Below are positions 13,086-24,842 of a DNA stretch of 64,000 nt, in pieces (position 1 is the stretch's first letter; the number at the start of each line of letters is the position of its first letter). Under the pieces are notes generated by a model. It was given only the letters and a program-made list of their open reading frames with translations. It searched no databases and was not told the DNA's origin. The DNA is from Eledone cirrhosa (lineage: Eukaryota). Both the position numbers and the translations under genes were made by a program. Location: positions 402,132,001-402,196,000 of the forward strand of contig OZ024740.1 in the NCBI GenBank assembly GCA_964016885.1, read 5' to 3'.

Positions 13086-16000
13086 CTACAGGATGGTATA
13101 CAGAGAAGGCCCATTTACACGAGCCATTCTCGCCACTATCACCCACCTTTCATAAAACTGCCTGTGGCCAAGCACCTCTCTCTCCATTCTTATCCTTCTT
13201 CCGAAGTGATATCGGAAGAAGTAGACCAGACTATGGCCAGAGAGGAAGTTGCCTGACCTCAGACCTTTCAATCGTGTCCACCAAACAAACTCTTTCAACA
13301 TGGCTATTACGCACAGAAAAACCGCCTTTGCTTCCTTTGTGAAGAGGGGAGGCGGTTTGATTGTCATCACGGACTCGGCGGTCAATTTAATCGGCGCCAC
13401 CCGCGACAGCAGTTGTTCGGCGTAGCCCCACAGATCAGCCACGCCCGGACATTGCACCAATGCGTGCGCTACGGTTTCTTCGTGACGCACGCATCTAGGG
13501 CAAATCTTTTTTGAGGGATCCCTGCCCGGGAGCCCGTGTCTGTAGAGCCTCTCTCGAACGGGTAGAGCCCCTCGGTAGCACTGCCAGGCCAGTGACTTCT
13601 GGAAGTTGACCATTGGTCCTGGGCCGAAAGTCCTACCGAACAGGCTGGCCAGTTCGTCTTCTTCCATGTCCAGCGACTCTCCAAGGGTGTCATCGCCCCT
13701 GCTAGCCACCAGCCCTCTATAGAATGATGAGGTGGATTCTCCACCGATGGCCCGGCCCGCTTGCCAGAGAGCCCTGAGCGCTTGAGCACACTCAGTGTGC
13801 CAGTCTCCCAGTTTTCCGGATCTTTGCTTGACCCAGGACTGTAGCTCAGTGAGTGAGACGAGTCTCGGAAAGGCTCGTTTCACGAACGGAGCCCACACCG
13901 GTTGACCAGTGAGGAATACCTGTAGGTGCCGTAGCCTTAATGCGTGCCTACGCATCATCAACCACGGCATCCCCAGCCCTCCTTTCGAAGGTTGTTGGCA
14001 GCAGATGGATCTTCTCACCATAGGAGGACGCTTCTTCCAAAGAAATTGGAAGAGCATGCGTTCCATGGTGGTGAGTGTTTCCTTAGGGCAAGGCACGACA
14101 GTCAGGGGGTAGTAAGTGACGGACGCTATGTAAATGTTCGCCACCTCCGCCCGGCCTTTTAGGGACAGCTTACACTTGGCCCATTTCTGGGTTAGTGCAA
14201 ACACCTTGTTCGTAACCTCGTTCCAGTTCTTTTCCACCTGGAGGTCCGGTCCAAACCAGACCCCAAGCAACTTTACCGGGCCCTCCGTCCAGTGTCCGAC
14301 GACACTGTCGGGAGGCATCGGTTTGCCTCTCCACGTTCCGAGTTGCAGCCCGATGGATTTTTCCCGGTTCAGTTTCGCTCCTGACAACCTTTCGTACTCC
14401 TCCAGTAAGGTACCGATCGCCTCGATCTCCGAGTCGATTGATACCATTACTGTTACGTCATCGGCGTAGGCCGACACCGCTTTGCTCAATCCTGGTTCCA
14501 GGGGGATACCCTGCAACAACTCCAACTTCCTCAGTAAAGGCTCGAGAGTCAATACGTACAGAAGGGAGGAGAGAGGGCACCCCTGTCGAATGGATCGTGT
14601 GATTTCGAACGGCTTCGAAAGGTAGCCGTTCACCTTGATCCTAGAACAGATGTGGTTGCTATGTAGGGCAGTGATCCAGCCTCTGAAAACAGGACCGAAC
14701 CCAGCCGCCGCTAGCACCGCATCCAGGTAACCATGGTCGACCCTATCGAAGGCCTTAGACTGATCCAAGTTGATCAGGGCCCCACCGAAGCCGGGTTTGT
14801 TGCCAACCCTCTCTATGATGTATCGCATGAGGTGGAGGTTATCGTGAATGGACCTGGATGGGATAGCACATGTCTGCGCATCTCCCACCAGGCTACCCAC
14901 GACAAGCGCCAACCTCTTTGCTAACACCTTGGCCAAAATCTTTAACTCTGTGTTTAGCAGGGTTATGGGCCGAAAATTATTTATACTATCCCCCTTGTTC
15001 TCGTCCTTCCTCACCAGCGTGACTACGCCCTTGGCTACAGAACAAGGAATTCTCCCGTTCTGCTGCCAATTGCAGTAGACCGCTTCGAGGAGTTCGGAGA
15101 AGAAGACCGGCATTGCTAAATAAAGTTCGTAAGGTATACCATCGAGACCTGGAGATTTGCGTCTGCTGCATTGGCTCAGCGCATCTCCGATCTCATCAGC
15201 CGAGATTGGTCCCTCGCAGGACTCTGCCTCTTTGTTCGAGAGACGCGGCAGGCCGTCGAGGTATGGACCGAAATCCACGCCCCGGCCCGGACCATCGCCT
15301 CCCCCGAACAATCGGGCAAAGTGCTTTTGAAAGGCCTCGCACATCTGCTTAGGCTCCCGGATCACTCGTCCATCTTCGTCTTGCAACGACCGGATGGTGG
15401 ATCGATTTCCACTTTTAGCTTCTGTCACGCGGGCCCATCCAACGGCTTTGGCCCCCTCATTACCTAGAGCACGTATTTTACTTCGAATGACGCAGCCTTC
15501 ATGCTTTGCATCGAAAAACTGGTTCAAGGCCGTCCTCGATGCCAGCACTCTGGCCACATCTTCGCTCTTGATTGCCTCTTCTAATTTACCTGTTAATTCT
15601 TTCTCGTTTCTATTCCTATTGGCAGCTAACATCTTGCTATAACTTATTGATTCTGTTCTAATCTCTCTTTTGAGAGATGCCCACCATCGGTTGTTGACGA
15701 TTGCACCCGTCAACCTCTCCTTAACTAATCTGCTAATCCGGTTTCTGTAAGTCTCTTTTGCCGGTAAAGACAAATTAAGTTTCCAGTAACCGGGACCCTG
15801 TCTATGTGTTTTCTCGAGATTGACCACGCAGGTCACTAATTTGTGATCCGTGTAGCCAACCGTGCGCATTTCTGGACAGCTTAATATGTCCCTATCCTTA
15901 CTTCTAACTAAGAATCTATCTAAGTACGATCTAGATTGACCACTGTGGTTTCTCCAAGTCCAGGTAGGCACAGTTGGAAAATCTAGTCGATATCTATCGA

Positions 16001-16523
16001 CCAAGTTAAAACGGTCGAGTAACCCCTTGAGGCTGTTACACCCCCCTCTATTAGGACATGCTCCTGCATAGTCCCAACGTGCATCCAGGATGTCATTCCA
16101 ATCCCCCGCTAGAAGCAGGGAACGCGACGTTCCCAGAAAAGTCTCCAAACGCTGGAAGAAGTCGGGCCGTTCAGCTCCGAAAGGGGAGTAGACGGCGACC
16201 AGTCTCAAGGCCGCACTTTCACTACTGCCAACGTCTAGCACCAACAAACGACCCTCCGGGTCCGAGTGCACAACCTGTACGGCAAGACCCAGGTGTTTTT
16301 GCAGCAGCACGACAACCCCACCCCCACCTCCAGATTGACAGAGAGATGCATGCACCTCAAAGTCATCGAAGGTGGGGGCCAGCTGCCGCATGACGCTGAT
16401 TCGAGTCTCACAGATAACCATTACATTTATACTACATGACCTGAGGTCATTTAGAAGCTTTGCTTGCTTCCAAGTTGAGCCCAGGCCACGTGCATTCAAA
16501 CATCCTACTCTTAACACATCCAT
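13086..16523 (-). CDS. LINE ORF2: AP endonuclease + reverse transcriptase + C-terminal CCHC zinc finger (1145 aa, intact)
   Basis: APE motifs CLNARGL, ETR, VYSP, GDWN, SYLDRF, TDH; RT motifs KSPGLDG, FRPITLLN, DQSKAFDRV, RQGCPLS, YADD; CPRC...H...C. Confidence 0.97.
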   Translation of the reverse strand: MDVLRVGCLNARGLGSTWKQAKLLNDLRSCSINVMVICETRISVMRQLAPTFDDFEVHASLCQSGGGGGVVVLLQKHLGLAVQVVHSDPEGRLLVLDVGSSESAALRLVAVYSPFGAERPDFFQRLETFLGTSRSLLLAGDWNDILDARWDYAGACPNRGGCNSLKGLLDRFNLVDRYRLDFPTVPTWTWRNHSGQSRSYLDRFLVRSKDRDILSCPEMRTVGYTDHKLVTCVVNLEKTHRQGPGYWKLNLSLPAKETYRNRISRLVKERLTGAIVNNRWWASLKREIRTESISYSKMLAANRNRNEKELTGKLEEAIKSEDVARVLASRTALNQFFDAKHEGCVIRSKIRALGNEGAKAVGWARVTEAKSGNRSTIRSLQDEDGRVIREPKQMCEAFQKHFARLFGGGDGPGRGVDFGPYLDGLPRLSNKEAESCEGPISADEIGDALSQCSRRKSPGLDGIPYELYLAMPVFFSELLEAVYCNWQQNGRIPCSVAKGVVTLVRKDENKGDSINNFRPITLLNTELKILAKVLAKRLALVVGSLVGDAQTCAIPSRSIHDNLHLMRYIIERVGNKPGFGGALINLDQSKAFDRVDHGYLDAVLAAAGFGPVFRGWITALHSNHICSRIKVNGYLSKPFEITRSIRQGCPLSSLLYVLTLEPLLRKLELLQGIPLEPGLSKAVSAYADDVTVMVSIDSEIEAIGTLLEEYERLSGAKLNREKSIGLQLGTWRGKPMPPDSVVGHWTEGPVKLLGVWFGPDLQVEKNWNEVTNKVFALTQKWAKCKLSLKGRAEVANIYIASVTYYPLTVVPCPKETLTTMERMLFQFLWKKRPPMVRRSICCQQPSKGGLGMPWLMMRRHALRLRHLQVFLTGQPVWAPFVKRAFPRLVSLTELQSWVKQRSGKLGDWHTECAQALRALWQAGRAIGGESTSSFYRGLVASRGDDTLGESLDMEEDELASLFGRTFGPGPMVNFQKSLAWQCYRGALPVRERLYRHGLPGRDPSKKICPRCVRHEETVAHALVQCPGVADLWGYAEQLLSRVAPIKLTAESVMTIKPPPLFTKEAKAVFLCVIAMLKEFVWWTRLKGLRSGNFLSGHSLVYFFRYHFGRRIRMEREVLGHRQFYERWVIVARMARVNGPSLYTIL

Positions 16524-16556
16524 GTGGGCGGCAGAGCCAAAGGAGAGTGTAGAGAC

Positions 16557-18345
16557 CTACCTTTCCGCTTCCCGGGGTTCGGGTTGCACGACTTCCATGG
16601 GGTCGGGGGTGTTGGGTGAAGGGGTGTCTTGTGGTGGTGTGGGGTCGTCAGTGTGTGGTGGGGTTGGGGTGTTTGGAGTTGTGTTGGGGAGGGGAAGGGG
16701 AGGGGGAAAGCTTTTTAGTAGGACGCGGTTTATGGGTTTGACAGAGGGTGGTCCTACGTCCTCCTTAAAATCCTTTTTTAGTTTTTGGTAGAGGTTCATT
16801 GGGATTTTTATTAGTTTTAAATGTGGGTGGTTTTCTGACGAAACAAAGTTTACACCTTCGGTTTGTACCGAAGGATTATTGTATATGAGTTCATTTAATT
16901 TATTATTGTTTCTGTTGATGTAAGTATAGTGTAATGTCTTTTTTTCCGATGGTGTGAGTGTTTCGAAGAGGGGAGGGGCTGGTTTGGTTTTGTTTGCTGC
17001 TGGAGGGGTGTTTTCTGTTTTGTTAGATTGTGTTGCGATTTGGGTGGGGGTTTTTTGTCCTTGTGTGTTTTTCACATGTTTTCTTTTTTTCCTTTTAATC
17101 TGTCTGAAGGACTCCGTTTCTTCCTCCGAATTCGTTGGGTTATCTTCAGTGTTGGAGGGAAGAGGTATGTTTGCTGGTAATGTTTCCGTGTTGGTTTTCT
17201 TTGTGGGGGAGATGGATGTCACTATGTTAGACTGTGTTGTGTGTTGTGTCTGCGGTGGTTGTGTTGTTTTATTGAGTGAGAGGTTGGGTGGGCCTGTATT
17301 TTGTTTTGGGGTAATGTGTTGTGACTGTTTGTGTTGTGGTGGTGTTGTGGTGTTACTGAGGGACGGGTTGGGTGGAACTGAGTTTTGTTGTTTGTTTATC
17401 TGTTGTGGTGGTGGTGGTGGAGCTGGTGTTGGTAGCAGGGTTTTCTTTTTGTTGAGTTGGGGACAAGCGGCCTTCAGGTGCCCTCTGCCTGCACAGATAT
17501 GGCAGGACGGCCTTCTCCCCTCCACGCTAATGTTTATATACCCGTGGTCCTCCAATAGGATTCTGTCGGGTATTTGGGCGATACGTTCAGGCTTCATTTG
17601 TACTACCAGCTCTATACCTGTTCCACTGAACGCATTGCCTGTGGTTTTCCCAATGGAAATCACGTTGTCATTCACTGGATCGATGAAGCCAGCTATGCGC
17701 CAGCAGTAGTCCACATCTGGCATCATTGCATCCAGCCATATGCGTTGAGTTTTTTTTCCCCATATAAGATGGATAAAAGGTGCAATTTTTCGAACGAATC
17801 GGTGACAAAGCACATTTTTTTGCCGCCGATTCGTTCTTCATGATAATTGCTAGGCTTCCATACAGTCTGTCTTTTCTTATGAAAGTTGTTTCATTCAGTA
17901 CTTCTGTGAGTACTGTTTTGATATCTGCTTGAGAAGGCTGTTCAGGTTTTTTTGTACTGTTGTTGATGGTCCGAAACTTGACCGTTCGGCTTTCAATGTC
18001 TTTCGTGAATTCTTGAGGCATTTTTACCAATAAAATACCATTCTCACCTTCACTTATGTATTGTTTTGCGTCCGTGATCCTTCGTACCACATCTGAAATG
18101 TTTTCCGCTATATAAGTCAAAGATTTCTTTGTTTTCTGTGCAAATGAAATCTTGTCGTCTGCTTTGTTTTCTGATATGATGTTATTTTCAACTGTTATTT
18201 TTTTGTTTGTTGTGTCTTTGTTTGTGTTATTAGTATTGTCATGCAATTTTTCAAATTTTTTTTTTTCGTTGTTGGAATCCAAGTCCAGATTTATGTTTTC
18301 GTCATTTAATTTTTACTCCGCAGATTCGTCCGTTTTTATTTTCAT
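16557..18345 (-). pseudogene. LINE ORF1 (gag-like, CCHC knuckle, Pro/Thr-rich tail) disrupted by a frameshift and probably an upstream stop
   Basis: ORFs 17668-18282 and 16557-17813 join at an A8 run (17750-17757) to give SYMGKKTQRIW; CHICAGRGHLKAAC knuckle; in-frame TAA near 18313 downstream of the ATG near 18345. Confidence 0.8.
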
Positions 18346-19276
18346 TTTTCCTTCCTTCTCTATGACGTTAGTTGGGAAGGAAAGGAGGACTAAAGCGTGC
18401 GAGCTTACAACTCTTACCGCTGTCCCCCTACCACTATTTTCTTTCGCTGCGTTTAACATTTCTGTTAGACGATTGAAATTTTTTACACAACATTTTTTAA
18501 AACAGGTTTTTCACCTCTAGGAGGGGTAAAGATGAGCTAACCCACCGCCTGACAGTTCAGACGGAGGGTCAAGCTACACAATTGTATCAAAATTAAGTTT
18601 GAACTCACAAAATTTCCTCAATAAATTTGAACAAAACTTCTGTGCGAAGTGAATGACATCCACACTGTAGAACAGACGACAGCTAGATTATTCCTCCGTG
18701 GATAGATAGATAGATAGATAGATAGATACTCAAAATGGCAAAGGGTTAGTACGTCAGGATAAATGTTTTTCAGAACTCATTCCGTCTCTCTACGCTCTAA
18801 ATTTCGTTTGGCATATGCTATGGGCGATAGACTTAAAAAGAGAAAATAGACATTGCTTGTATTGTATTTAATCAAGAGTTATAGTTAATATTGTCCTGGA
18901 ACTAACAAACATTGAGATTAAAACAACCATCTATATATCACTGAGTTAAAAACTAATACGAATGGCGTAAAGAAAAAAGAAAATAAAGATAGCGAACAGA
19001 AATAAGAATATATGTTTGTGTAGCAACAGTCGGAAAATGTGTATAGTTTTAAAATGTATTTTATAAAACGTTTGTCATAACTCCATGTGAAATATAATTC
19101 ATGTGTAGATTACTTCTTCCCAAAATATATCTTAAAGCAAAAATAATTATCATAACTATACTCATATATCTAAAGGAATATTATCTGATAATGTTCAGTT
19201 TTCCTTCTTTGATTAGCAACAATTTACTGATATGTACACACACACACATACACACACACAAACACACACAAACATA

Positions 19277-19348
19277 GTGGGTAATAGGAAAATGTTTAAC
19301 GCCGTCGAAACGGCTTGAGCTCTGCCGTCAGGGTTAAACATTTTCCTA
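19277..19348 (+). mobile_element. Short fold-back copy of the 51.1 kb family (hammerhead 3' half)
   Basis: cgaaacggc-ttgagctct-gccgtc-aggg flanked by the inverted pair taggaaaatgtttaac/gttaaacattttccta. Confidence 0.75.
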
Positions 19349-19367
19349 TATATATATATCTATATAT

Positions 19368-19565
19368 ATTGTTATATTTTGGGAGGGTCATGCTGCCAAT
19401 AAAAACACAGGCACCTGTTGGTTTTCACTTCAATTTATTATAAATGAATACCTCTGGGGCGTGTGTTTTCATTGGCAACATGACTCTCCCAGAGTATAAC
19501 AATATCTGTTTCAACACACGTTTTCAGCTATGTAATGTCGCTAAACAAATTCAAAAACAAATATA
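19368..19565. mobile_element. Fold-back element in (TA)n, same family as 33425-33815 and 63208-63768
   Basis: Inverted ttgttatattttgggagggtcatg / catgactctcccagagtataacaa followed by tgtttcaacacacg. Confidence 0.8.
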
Positions 19566-20120
19566 TATATGCATACATATATAATGGTAATATTAATTGT
19601 TTCTACTTTTGGCGCAAGGCCAGCAATTATCCCAGTGTATTACTGGTACTTTATGTTATCGACCCCGAGAGTTATATTTCCTCATTTACTAGGTGTATTT
19701 TATCTCAATGCAATGATAGGATCATGCCGAGTCGTGGTATAGTTACAATTTGCTTACAAACCAAATATTTAAATTTGAAGGCATTTAATCACTGACAATT
19801 GTTTCTTCCCATAGTGATATAACACAAATAGCAAATTGTTTTATTTACCAATTTGCCATCAGTTACCATAGACTATAGGTGTCATCAGAGTTTAATGAAA
19901 ATACCAATTCAAATCACACAAGAAAACACCGATGATATATATCACTTACCAAAGTTATTTAGAAGAATAGTAGTTTTCCTAAAATGAATTGGAATTTATA
20001 GTTTTAATAAAGCAATATTCAGAGTTAGCTCGGACACTCCATCGAATTTAACCCAGTTTTGACACATAATACCGTCTTTAGTTGCTTCATATTTACTATC
20101 AGTGTGATACAGACTGAGTT

Positions 20121-20460
20121 TCAATGTGTCAACAGTACAATTGGTGTGACATCTTCATAGATATACAGAGCAACCCCACCATCAGTTCTCTCCTTCCTGT
20201 CCGAACGAAATACAGTATATTTTGGTATATGTATTTCCGCATCTGCTATACTGCTTGTCAGGTGCGTTTCGGTTAGTGCCATGCATAATGCTTGATTGCT
20301 TATCGCTAAGTCTGCCAGGTAGGTAATTTTACTCATGTTAGTGAGTTTCACCAGGCCTCTAACATTCAGCAGCAGCACTGGTGTGACATTTGGGGCGTCA
20401 GCAATTGCTTTCGGTGTGACACTTGGCCTGGTGTCAGCGGCGGCCACCCTGGGTCCCTTA
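20121..20460 (-). pseudogene. AP-endonuclease fragment of a CR1/L2/Jockey-group LINE
   Basis: LLNVRGL...ALTETHL...Y.VFRSDR...GGVALYI APE motifs. Confidence 0.8.
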
Positions 20461-20546
20461 ATTATATATATATATATACATTTGTGCGTGTGAGTGAGTA
20501 TACATGTATATATATATATACGTGTATATATATATAGATATATTTA

Positions 20547-20630
<84 letters not shown>

Positions 20631-20642
20631 TAGATAGATATG

Positions 20643-20919
20643 TATTAAAATAACAGATTAATGTTTAAGCAAAGAATCGCTGCTTTCAACCTTAACGGGA
20701 TCTTCTGAAACTAACAAAGTTTTTAAAATATTCACTTCTGCGTTTACACTTTGACATTGTTAGTTTCAGAAGATCCTGTTAAGGGTGAAAGCAGCGATTT
20801 TTTGCTTAAACTTTAATCTGTTATTTTAATAAATATTTGCTCTACGGTTCTTATATATTTGATATATATTTATCCTTATCGAGCCGTCTTTGGATTTTAG
20901 TCTTCAAATTTATTATTAT

Positions 20920-20925
<6 letters not shown>
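20643..20925. mobile_element. Fold-back element (75-bp arms) in (TA)n; family also at 25772-25895, 58280-58372, 63025-63170
   Basis: 20643-20717 inverted with 20757-20831; shared tail tttgctctacgg...ggattttagtcttcaaatttattattattac(ta)n. Confidence 0.85.
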
Positions 20926-20965
<40 letters not shown>

Positions 20966-20971
<6 letters not shown>

Positions 20972-21326
20972 GTTTGTATATGTATAATAAAGCCAAAACA
21001 ATGCAGGTATGGACATAGAATAAAGAATGCAAATGCAAAAGATATTGTTGACAATTAGTCTTTTACCTTAGGTTTATTTAAATGTCCTTAATTTTCGAGA
21101 TAATATCTCTTCTTCGGAGTCAGCATGACCTTGCAAGCTATTTAGAACACTGGTTTAACCGCTTTACTTCCCTCCGAAGAAGAGATATTATCTCGAAAAT
21201 TAAGGACATTTAAATAAATCTAAGGTAAAAGACTAATTGTCAACAATATCTTTTGCATTTGTATTCTTTATTCTATGTCCATACCTGCATTGTTTTGCCT
21301 TTATTATACATATACAAACGTTTATA
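20966..21326. mobile_element. Fold-back element with ~150-bp near-perfect arms; hammerhead-like variant core at 21170-21206
   Basis: 20966-21117 is the reverse complement of 21172-21326; CCGAAGA-A-GAGA-uauua-UCUC-GAAA-AU-UA-AGG. Confidence 0.8.
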
Positions 21327-21391
21327 CCTCATTACACAATGCTTGAAGTGAATAATCAACACAATATGAACCACAGTATTACTAACTACCG

Positions 21392-21488
21392 CCGAGGTTG
21401 ACTTTGCCTTTCATCCTTACGGGGTCGATAAAATAAAGTACCAGTAATGCACTGGATAATTGCTGGCTTTGTGCCTAAAGTAGAAACA
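21392..21488 (+). mobile_element. 5'-truncated SINE with 17-bp TSD
   Basis: TSD agtattactaactaccg at 21375-21391 and 21489-21505. Confidence 0.9.
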
Positions 21489-21892
21489 AGTATTACTAAC
21501 TACCGAAATTATTCTATTGACATCTTAAAACACGAACGTATATTTACTCCTTTCCTACAGAAGCCACAAGTAAACTATTTTTTATCAAAGCTGTCATTTT
21601 ATTAAAGCTGTTATATTTCTCGGTATGTCATTCTGCCCATTAAAAAAATCTCCAATTTCAGCATGACAGAACAGGGGATAGGTTGACTGCCATCTTCCAC
21701 ACAAACTGATTTGACACAATTTTATCACCACGTACCCCAATTGTATTCGCTTACAACTGTTCAATGAAACGAGATTTTCTGCTCACATTTAATTTTATTC
21801 GTATGAAGAATCTCCATTAGGCTAGTATATATATATATATTTATATTTAATTTGTTGGAATTCAACAGATTAGTGGAGTAAATACAAATCTG

Positions 21893-21958
21893 TATTTTAT
21901 CTGATGATAGCGCACCATAACTTGCCTTGGTTGCCCTTGAAATATCTATAATAAAATA
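21893..21958 (+). ncRNA. Minimal type-I hammerhead ribozyme (family also at 52426-52490)
   Basis: UAUUUUAU-CUGAUGA-stem II-GAAA-UAUCU-AUA^-AUAAAAUA; 8-bp stem I. Confidence 0.7.
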
Positions 21959-22141
21959 AATATGGTTTTATAAATATAGTTTCCATTTATTAATATATAT
22001 ATTGGCTTAGTTTGTTTGGCCTTTATAACCTATATTTATTGCTCTGGTCTTTGTTTAGTCCATGGAGCGCTTGCCAGCATAACTCGGATATTGCGTTTCG
22101 CTTTGTTTTCGACAACTACTGAAATTCAATCTCGCTGAAAT

Positions 22142-22217
<76 letters not shown>

Positions 22218-22519
22218 TTTACTCTTTTACTCTTTTACCTGTTCCAGCCGTCCGGCTGAAGCCATGCTGAGGCACTGCCCTTGATGCTACACGCTCTATC
22301 TCCAGTCTGTGTTGGCTGGCCATTGGTGTAAGATGGAGTTCGATGATGGTGCCCTTATATATAATTTAATATGGAAATAGCTTCTACAGGGCTAAAAATG
22401 TTTCATTCGCAAGGATCATCATAAACATTTGTATATACACAACGAATGTATATTGAGTACTTCACTTACTCTGATTAGCCCAGATTGTACCCGGGACTCA
22501 CACACAAACACACACACAT

Positions 22520-22554
<35 letters not shown>

Positions 22555-23166
22555 CATACATATATATATATTCCTCTGCTGCTACACCGTCTTTTTCGTT
22601 CTATGTATCTTTACCCTTTCTAGCAGTCTCTTTCTCTGTTAGCCTCTTCCTCACCCTTCACTCACTCATTCTCCGTCACTACCTCTCCTCCGCCTCTTTC
22701 TTCCCGTTTGACCTGTGCGTAATTCTTTTCTCTCGCACGCTCCGCCAAGCTGGTCGGAATTTTTTCTCTCTCTCGTCTACGATTTCACAGAACTTATGTT
22801 TACCGAATTCGCAGACCAGAACCCTTCTTCCTCCCGTTAGACCTGTGCGAAATTCCTTCCTTGCTCACATTTCAACCAGGTTTGATGGTCTTTATTCTCT
22901 CGTTCGCGATTTCACCGAATTTAAATTCATAGAAATGTGGGACTTGTCTCCTTCTTCCTCACTTTCTGTTGCTTCACCATTTTGTTTGTTTACACTCGCG
23001 TCCCCTTTATTTACGTGTCCCAACGACTTTTTTTAGCCGTTGCTCGCACCAACCGGAGGTATATGCTCTTTAAAGCGATGAAATGCCTATGATGGTTGGA
23101 AGATCACTGATGAAGGACAAACTTTTTTCATATGTAACCCATTTGCAACTCCGCAGCTCCCTTATT

Positions 23167-23228
<62 letters not shown>

Positions 23229-23772
23229 GTAATGTTTTACACCTTTGATGTACTGATTAGCTACTAATATGAATATTTAGATGCATACCTCTATAGACAT
23301 GTGGGACCGTGGAAGAACGTCTTTTCATTATTTCTTCCAAAATATTTACGTATTTAGATAAAATCTAAAGAATCTATTGAAAGATATCGCAGGAGATATG
23401 TTCTCAATGTTTTGTATCATGGGACCATTTTAAGAAATGACTAATATAGAGATAAGAAAACGGAATATAATGTCTTTCTATGTTTAGCATGATGTTTCTC
23501 TTAATTTTACGATATAAAATTTGTTTCATCGAAACTAAGACCATATGCTTGAAGCAAAGTAAAACACAAAATATAACAAAAAAAAGCTGAAAAACAAAAC
23601 AAAAAAAAACGTGAAGAGTGATCATTCTACAAAATAAAAAAAAATTAAAATATATAATATCCATTTTTATCTATATGATCATAAAAGGATATGAAAGGTC
23701 AGAACAAAGAAAATTATTGTTTTTATTATTAACTAAAAATACTTCTAAAACTTATCAATACACATGCATCCC

Positions 23773-23805
<33 letters not shown>

Positions 23806-24654
23806 TGTATGTATGTATGTATGTGTGTGTATATATGTATGTATGTGTGTGGGGGGGGGGTGCGTGTGTGTGCGTCTGTGTGTGTGTGCTGAGGCATATT
23901 GAATTGCAGTATGCATGAAGCACACACACACATATATATATATATATATACGCTTCATACATACATACAAGCATACATACTAAAATACATACACATACAC
24001 ACAGACACACATATATATATATATATGTGTGTGTGTGTGTATGCATGTATGTATGTTTGTATGTATGTTTGTTTGTATGTATGTTTGTATGTTTATATGC
24101 ATGTTCTTCTGGTTTTATGATTTCACAAATATTTTCCCAATAAAGAGAGAGTTGGTTGCTAACATAGACACAAGACTCTCTCAATTGGAATTTACACAAC
24201 ATCAACTAGGTAGATTATGTATGCATGCATGTGTAGATATGGATGTTATTGAATGTGTGGATGTATATGTTTTGAGTTGTATGTGTGCATGTGTATATGC
24301 TTTGCATCTGTACATGTGTATATGCAGTTATTAGATGCAACATTTTTGGAATGTTTTAGATATTTTTACTGTTCCATTAATGGATTGTACTTGTAATTTC
24401 CTAACCAGTTGTGTTCTTTCTGTTCCTGTGAAGCCTAGCTTCTCAAGATTTGTATTGAGGCAGTTACAAACATACCTCAGTGGCCCAATAATCACAGGCA
24501 TAAATCTGAAGGTGTATGTATGTGTGTATGTTTCTATGTACGTATTTGTGTATGTATGGATGAGTGTATGTATGTATGCATGTACGTAAGTATGTTTGTA
24601 TGTATGTATACATGTATATAGTAAGTACGTATGTGTGTATGTATATATGTGTCA

Positions 24655-24800
24655 ATATTTGTCACAAGTGTAGTGTTTGTACCGGAGTTTTCAAATCGCT
24701 GGCTGGACTAAAAAGTCACACTTGTTCAGCACATCGGTAGGGGTTCTCCTACATGGATATAAAGTAGTGGCCGTACTCGAAAACGAGTTGGCAGCCACCA
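24655..24800 (+). mobile_element. RTE-clade LINE 3' end in (TATG)n
   Basis: Encodes the HKCSVCTGVFKSLAGLKSH C2H2-like motif; 3' UTR ends gcagccacca followed by a tgta-type repeat. Confidence 0.75.
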
Positions 24801-24842
24801 TGTATATATGTGTGTATGTATGTATGTTTGTATGTGTGTATG

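Larger units (their letters stand above)
12871..18693 (-). mobile_element. Near full-length Tx1/L1-clade non-LTR retrotransposon (copy 5), ~5.8 kb
   Basis: 5' UTR + ORF1 + ORF2 + 3' UTR ending AATAAAGAAA; 17-bp TSD ctccgtgaatagataga (12854-12870) / ctccgtggatagataga (18694-18710). Confidence 0.95.

Noticed and set aside
16954-17709. 251-aa + strand ORF and other ORFs antisense to the LINE
   Set aside because: Shadow ORFs of LINE ORF1/ORF2.
17750-17761. -1 programmed frameshift at GGGAAAA
   Set aside because: Joining the ORF1 halves needs +1, not -1.
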